NCBI GenBank assembly: GCA_048882045.1 | Contig: JBHLRZ010000014.1 | Span: forward strand, 1-64,000 | Origin: Candidatus Thorarchaeota archaeon | Lineage (GTDB): Archaea > Asgardarchaeota > Thorarchaeia > Thorarchaeales > Thorarchaeaceae | DNA length: 64,000 bases | Direction of reading: 5' to 3' | Shown here: positions 59,842 to 64,000 of the stretch, one piece after another | Layout: the number at the start of each line of letters is the position of its first letter | How positions within the stretch are numbered: the first letter of the stretch is position 1 | Notes under the pieces: model-generated | What the model saw: only the letters and a program-made list of their open reading frames with translations | Told to the model about the DNA's origin: nothing | Databases searched by the model: none | Position numbers and translations under genes: made by a program

Positions 59842-60486
59842 ATGTCGCACGCTTATGACTCCGGTGACCTTGAACGCGAGATAGAGATCGGTATTGTTAG
59901 CGCTTTTGGCTGGTCTGTAATCGAGTTCGAGGCGGTATTGTTTCAGAAGTTTCTAGTTATGTCAGGATCTAAATCTTTGACTACAGAAGATATGTTTCGC
60001 AACTATCTTCGAAATATGGAGGCTAAGGGATATGTGTCGCCTTTGGAATTCCATGGTCGGAGAGCATGGAAACGCCTCGTGATAGAATCTGAAATTGAAG
60101 AACCAGCCATGACACCAGAAGAGGTCAAAGAGTTCATAGCAAAGGCACAGGAAGCAAACAAGCAAGCTAGCAAGAAGAAGAAAGTGGTTGGTAAACAGAG
60201 AGTCAACGAATTACACGTCCTTGCAGACAATATAATTCGAACCTTGGACCAAGTCATGCCAAGTCTAAAGAAACAGAAGAAGCCTTGGGAGAGGTCATTG
60301 ATTGATCACATAGAAAGAATGCACAAGGCCCTCACTGAATCCAAGGATGAGTTTCTCAAATATGTCAAGAAGAATCTACCACCCGCCTACGAACCAATGA
60401 ATAAACTCCTCAATTCGAAGGGAGAAGAAATGTTCCTTCTAAGTCTTCGAGTCATAGAATCGGGACAGAGAGCCTATCCATCCTGA
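59842..60486 (+). CDS. Hypothetical protein, possible N-terminal wHTH
   Basis: 214-aa ORF; FRNYLRNMEAKGYV...GRRAWK wing-like segment. Confidence 0.55.
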   Translation: MSHAYDSGDLEREIEIGIVSAFGWSVIEFEAVLFQKFLVMSGSKSLTTEDMFRNYLRNMEAKGYVSPLEFHGRRAWKRLVIESEIEEPAMTPEEVKEFIAKAQEANKQASKKKKVVGKQRVNELHVLADNIIRTLDQVMPSLKKQKKPWERSLIDHIERMHKALTESKDEFLKYVKKNLPPAYEPMNKLLNSKGEEMFLLSLRVIESGQRAYPS

Positions 60487-60494
60487 TGAGTCAA

Positions 60495-61409
60495 CTAGAA
60501 GTATAAATTCCCTTTGAGAACCGTAACTGCAGTTCCCGACACTTTTACCTGATCAATCGATTCTTGGTCACCCTTAACCTCGACAAAGATTTTTCCAGGT
60601 CTTTCCAAATAATGACCTTGTTCAATAACGATGCTTGTAACTGGAAAGGGTGTATCCATAAAGCCATACTTGATGAGATAGCTCCCAAGGCTACCAGCAG
60701 CAGAACCTGACACTGGATCTTCGTAAACTCCCAATGCAGGTCCAAAATGACGAACCTGAGCATCGGACGTCGGTTCTCGTGTATCTCGTGTGAACACACT
60801 CAAAGAAACATAGTCCGACTCTGCTTGGAGGGCTTTTAATCGGTCCCAGTTAGGTTTGATTCTGTCAAGAGACCTCTGAGTTGACACTGGTATCATCAAG
60901 TGTGGAGTACCTGTGCTGACTGTCTGGAGAGGATTTGGTGAGTGGATGTCAGCTAGAGATAGCCCGAGAGCCTCTGCATGGTCTTTCGGATCGTAGGTTT
61001 CCATGAACTGCGGCTTTTTGTGAGTGATCTGAATCTCGTGATGTCCAGTGGCCTCATTCTTTACTATCTCTATGTCAAGCACACCTGAATTGGTTTCTAG
61101 CCTGGAATTGGTGATGTCCTGAACAAGGTCGATATAGCCAGCTTCAACGAGTGCATGATAAGCTGCTATTGTTGGGTGTCCAGAGAAATCTATCTCGCTC
61201 TTAGGCGTCATGTAACGAAACCTGAAATCGGCGCTACGAGACTTTGAAACAAAGACGGTTTCTCTCACATTCATCTCGCGTGCTATCTTATGCATGGTCT
61301 TTTCACTGACATGATCAGCTCCTAGTACAACTGTTGCAGGGTTTCCACCAAACGGTGTGTCAGTGAATGCATCGACCTGAATAACTTCGAGTTTGTGTGT
61401 ATCGTGCAA
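60495..61409 (-). CDS. PhzF-family isomerase/epimerase
   Basis: QVDAFT..PFGGNPA, ETVFV, EIDFSGH, STGTPH, EDPVSGSA, EQG. Confidence 0.92.
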   Translation of the reverse strand: MHDTHKLEVIQVDAFTDTPFGGNPATVVLGADHVSEKTMHKIAREMNVRETVFVSKSRSADFRFRYMTPKSEIDFSGHPTIAAYHALVEAGYIDLVQDITNSRLETNSGVLDIEIVKNEATGHHEIQITHKKPQFMETYDPKDHAEALGLSLADIHSPNPLQTVSTGTPHLMIPVSTQRSLDRIKPNWDRLKALQAESDYVSLSVFTRDTREPTSDAQVRHFGPALGVYEDPVSGSAAGSLGSYLIKYGFMDTPFPVTSIVIEQGHYLERPGKIFVEVKGDQESIDQVKVSGTAVTVLKGNLYF

Positions 61410-61472
61410 GGGATATCAACACCATGACACTGCTCTCTCTGACTAATTAAGAGTTCCATGATATTCTGGATT

Positions 61473-61739
61473 CTACTTATTTTCCATGTGTTTTGAAAAG
61501 TTCTCTTTATGCTCAGCATGGCTCAAAACCTGTCCTGCTGGAATAACCTTTGCTGGACCGAATCTGGCTTTGGCAGGTTCATAGTGACAATCAAGTAGAG
61601 TTGCGACCCACATATCACGACCTGACTTAGATGAGTTTACGCTTGTACCTCTTTCTCTCCGATGTGTAAGGTTCCCACTATAGACATAGAACGCCAAAGA
61701 TAGGAACAAACCGAAACCTGTCAGGTACAGAATCAACAT
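61473..61739 (-). CDS. Small membrane-anchored hypothetical protein
   Basis: N-terminal hydrophobic helix; TATA-like CTTAAA upstream. Confidence 0.5.
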   Translation of the reverse strand: MLILYLTGFGLFLSLAFYVYSGNLTHRRERGTSVNSSKSGRDMWVATLLDCHYEPAKARFGPAKVIPAGQVLSHAEHKENFSKHMENK

Positions 61740-61859
61740 AATTGTTAACTATTGTGAATATATTCGATTTAAGGTTTCTGCTGGAACAGTTCCTTCTCTA
61801 ATCATCTTAATTAGAAAGGATTCCCTTCTCAATCCTAGGAATGAGAAGGTGAGTCTGAT

Positions 61860-62513
61860 ATGTCACACCAAGAGCTTCGTGACAGATTGCGAGTGAATCT
61901 GATAGAGTTCACGAGAGATGCATTCAAGATGCTTCCAACTATGGATAATCCGTCAATCTTGGACATTGGATGTGGAACAGGAGTACATACAATTGAGCTA
62001 GCCAAGATGTGCAATGGACATATCACCGCTATTGACATCGATATCCCCTCACTCGTTTCACTTCGAAAAAGAGTAGTGGACTTGGAACTCTCACATAGAA
62101 TTTCTGTAAAACAGGCATCTATACGCGATCTCAACCGCGTCGAAGAAACCTACAACATAATTTGGGCAGAAGGTTCGATCTACGTAGTGGGCTTTGAGAA
62201 TGGAATTCGAGATTGGAAAAGGCTTCTCTCAAAAGATGGTTTTCTTGTAGTGCATGATGAGGATGCAGGTCTTGAACAAAAGATACAGATCATAAAGAAA
62301 CATGAGTATCGACTACGAGGACAGATCAGGATACCTCACGAGGACTGGGAGGAGAGATATTACAAACCCCTTCTAAGTGTTCTAAGCAGGAAGAAGCTTG
62401 TTCCAGCAGAAGAAAACAAGCTAAGAAAGGAAATTGACACATTCAAGAGAACCAGAATGGGATCGGTATTCTTCATATTGCAGAACAAGTCGAAACCATT
62501 TTGGAAGAGATAG
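61860..62513 (+). CDS. Class I SAM-dependent methyltransferase
   Basis: ILDIGCGTG, AIDID, IIWAEGS. Confidence 0.88.
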   Translation: MSHQELRDRLRVNLIEFTRDAFKMLPTMDNPSILDIGCGTGVHTIELAKMCNGHITAIDIDIPSLVSLRKRVVDLELSHRISVKQASIRDLNRVEETYNIIWAEGSIYVVGFENGIRDWKRLLSKDGFLVVHDEDAGLEQKIQIIKKHEYRLRGQIRIPHEDWEERYYKPLLSVLSRKKLVPAEENKLRKEIDTFKRTRMGSVFFILQNKSKPFWKR

Positions 62514-62520
62514 AAGAAGG

Positions 62521-62604
62521 TGGCGAGCATATGGGAATCGTGGTAGGAGGGGGGAGTTTCGTAATTGAGGGCATGTAACGAAAAACTAGCCCACACGCTC
62601 GCCA
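62521..62604 (-). ncRNA. Candidate structured small RNA
   Basis: 15-bp closing stem that pairs fully (2 G-U) only on the minus strand; internal hairpin; C-rich loop. Confidence 0.35.
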
Positions 62605-62837
62605 TGTTTTCTAGTTTAATAGTGTTTATGCCCGAGGAGTCCTACTTAGACTGATATTAATCCATTGTTCTACCTATTAAAGTTTGTTTTGGTAATGTGT
62701 TATTTCACAAAATTAGACGCCGGTAGACTTGAAAATAATAGACCTATTTCATATGGGGTTTTACAACCCTCTGAATCAATTAACACGGTTAATTTTTTCT
62801 TAAAGTGAGATAGTTCACTATTGATAACAACTTAGAA

Positions 62838-62878
62838 TGAAAAAGAGAGTGGAGTGCGCGCTAAAGAAAGGCACGCAC
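62838..62878 (-). terminator. Terminator after the tes gene
   Basis: Minus strand GTGCGTGC-loop-GCGCGCAC then TCCACTCTCTTTTT. Confidence 0.6.
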
Positions 62879-62892
62879 ACATTTCTTGAAGA

Positions 62893-64000
62893 TCAATCAC
62901 CAGAATATGGTTTGGAAATACTTTCTTCTTCAACCTGGGTTGGTTTGTGACCTTTACGCCACTCCTCAATGGGTTTTGAGAACTTCTCCTCGACCCTGGA
63001 CCTATGAATGGTGTTCATGGTGCAGAAGGGAATGATTCTACCATCCGGAACGGAGTAGTTGATGTCACAGTGCTGTATACGCTCAAGGTCAAAGTTGTAG
63101 GGATCTTGGAAGTGCATCATCCCGAGCATGATGATTCGTCGCATCAGTTTAGCGAGTGACTCATAGTCCCCACGATTCAAGAAAGCTCCCAGCAGGTCCT
63201 TGATGAGCCCCTTCTTCTTTATGTGTCTGATACCTGCAGCAAGTTTGGCCTTGGCACGCTTACTTGCTCCTCTTGCTTCATCAGCATAGAGGTTGGCAAT
63301 CTCCTCAAGTAGGACCAAGAACTTGTCAACATCAATCAGGTCAGTGATTGGCCTGTAGTTTCCATCATCATCAATGTAGATGAAAGTAGCCATTCCGCAC
63401 GCAAAGTGTGAGCTGAGCTCAAGATCCGGACCACCCTTGATCAGACCTAGTGCACGACCAACTGGCATCATTGATGGTACAGGGTACCACTCGGTTGCAG
63501 GGATCTTGCCACCTGATTGTTCCTCTATGAGATGAATTGCATCAGGAATTGTTATTCGCATATCCTTGCGAGCTGCGTGATCGATTCGACCAGTTATGCT
63601 CACAGGCTGGAAGTTGACACATCTGACAACATCACGATTCTCAACTGCAAAATTGATTATGCCCCCGAGTTGGTCATCATTGACTCCACGGACAACGGTT
63701 GGGACCAACACAAGTGACTCCATTCCGACTTCACGAGCATTCTGTATAGCCTGCTTCTTCAGAGGAAGAAGATTAGTTCCACGAGCTGCGAGATAAGGAT
63801 CAGGAGTGACACCATCAAACTGCATATAGATGGTTGAGAGACCAGCATCGCGCAATTCCTGTAGATACTCCTTGCTTTTTCCTATTCGGATAACGTTACT
63901 TGCAATCTGAACATGCTTGAATCCAAGCTCCTTAGCCCACTTGATATACTGCGGGAGGTGCTTACTGACAGTTGGCTCACCTCCTGCGAACTGAAGTGCA
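62893..64000 (-). CDS. tes: Radical SAM tetraether lipid synthase (Tes/GDGT-MAS, MJ0619 family), 3' part
   Basis: FAGGEPT, YMQFDG, LVPTVVRGVND, NFQPVS.TGR, RITIPD, H..CG, MHFQDPYNFDLER, PDGRIIPFC. Confidence 0.82.
   Translation of the reverse strand, partial: ALQFAGGEPTVSKHLPQYIKWAKELGFKHVQIASNVIRIGKSKEYLQELRDAGLSTIYMQFDGVTPDPYLAARGTNLLPLKKQAIQNAREVGMESLVLVPTVVRGVNDDQLGGIINFAVENRDVVRCVNFQPVSITGRIDHAARKDMRITIPDAIHLIEEQSGGKIPATEWYPVPSMMPVGRALGLIKGGPDLELSSHFACGMATFIYIDDDGNYRPITDLIDVDKFLVLLEEIANLYADEARGASKRAKAKLAAGIRHIKKKGLIKDLLGAFLNRGDYESLAKLMRRIIMLGMMHFQDPYNFDLERIQHCDINYSVPDGRIIPFCTMNTIHRSRVEEKFSKPIEEWRKGHKPTQVEEESISKPYSGD

Noticed and set aside
61772-61800. GTTCCAGCAGAAAC (minus strand), similar to an ORB origin box
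   Set aside because: Single intergenic copy, no G-string and no cdc6/orc1 nearby; it sits directly upstream of the TATA box of the 61739 gene
1-64000. CRISPR arrays, tRNA/rRNA genes, IS elements and selenoprotein TGA readthrough
   Set aside because: None recognised by eye; all redox motifs seen use Cys codons. A covariance-model scan could still find small RNAs

Overview
Gene-dense archaeal chromosomal window, most likely from an Asgard archaeon (Thorarchaeia-like). The assignment is inferred from two Rab-like GTPases, a roadblock protein, a WD40 protein, a HEAT/adaptin-appendage protein and an EF-2 paralogue lacking the diphthamide His. Main blocks: (1) a tusA-dsrE-iscS-iscU sulfur/Fe-S operon in which IscU carries a degenerate thioredoxin-reductase domain; (2) a redoxin-type class III RNR (nrdH-like + nrdD) divergent from thyA; (3) a ~10 kb eukaryotic-signature/signalling cluster (EF-2 paralogue, helical-repeat protein, two single-domain KaiC ATPases coupled to a KaiB-like thioredoxin, roadblock, Rab, WD40, adaptin-like, Rab); (4) a PolB2 cassette; (5) a metF-mtrH'-mtrA-mtrH-marker14-cofE operon followed by larC, apparently a soluble, membrane-free Mtr-derived methyl-transfer module; (6) tandem peptide-binding proteins, hflX and tgtA; (7) an ABC transporter divergent from three surface-anchored proteins, including a PHP hydrolase and a Zn-phospholipase C; (8) part of a tetraether synthase. 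No tRNA, rRNA, CRISPR array or transposase was recognised. Several genes appear to use CTG/ATT starts, and one candidate structured ncRNA was seen. All assignments are from motif recognition by eye; no searches were run.
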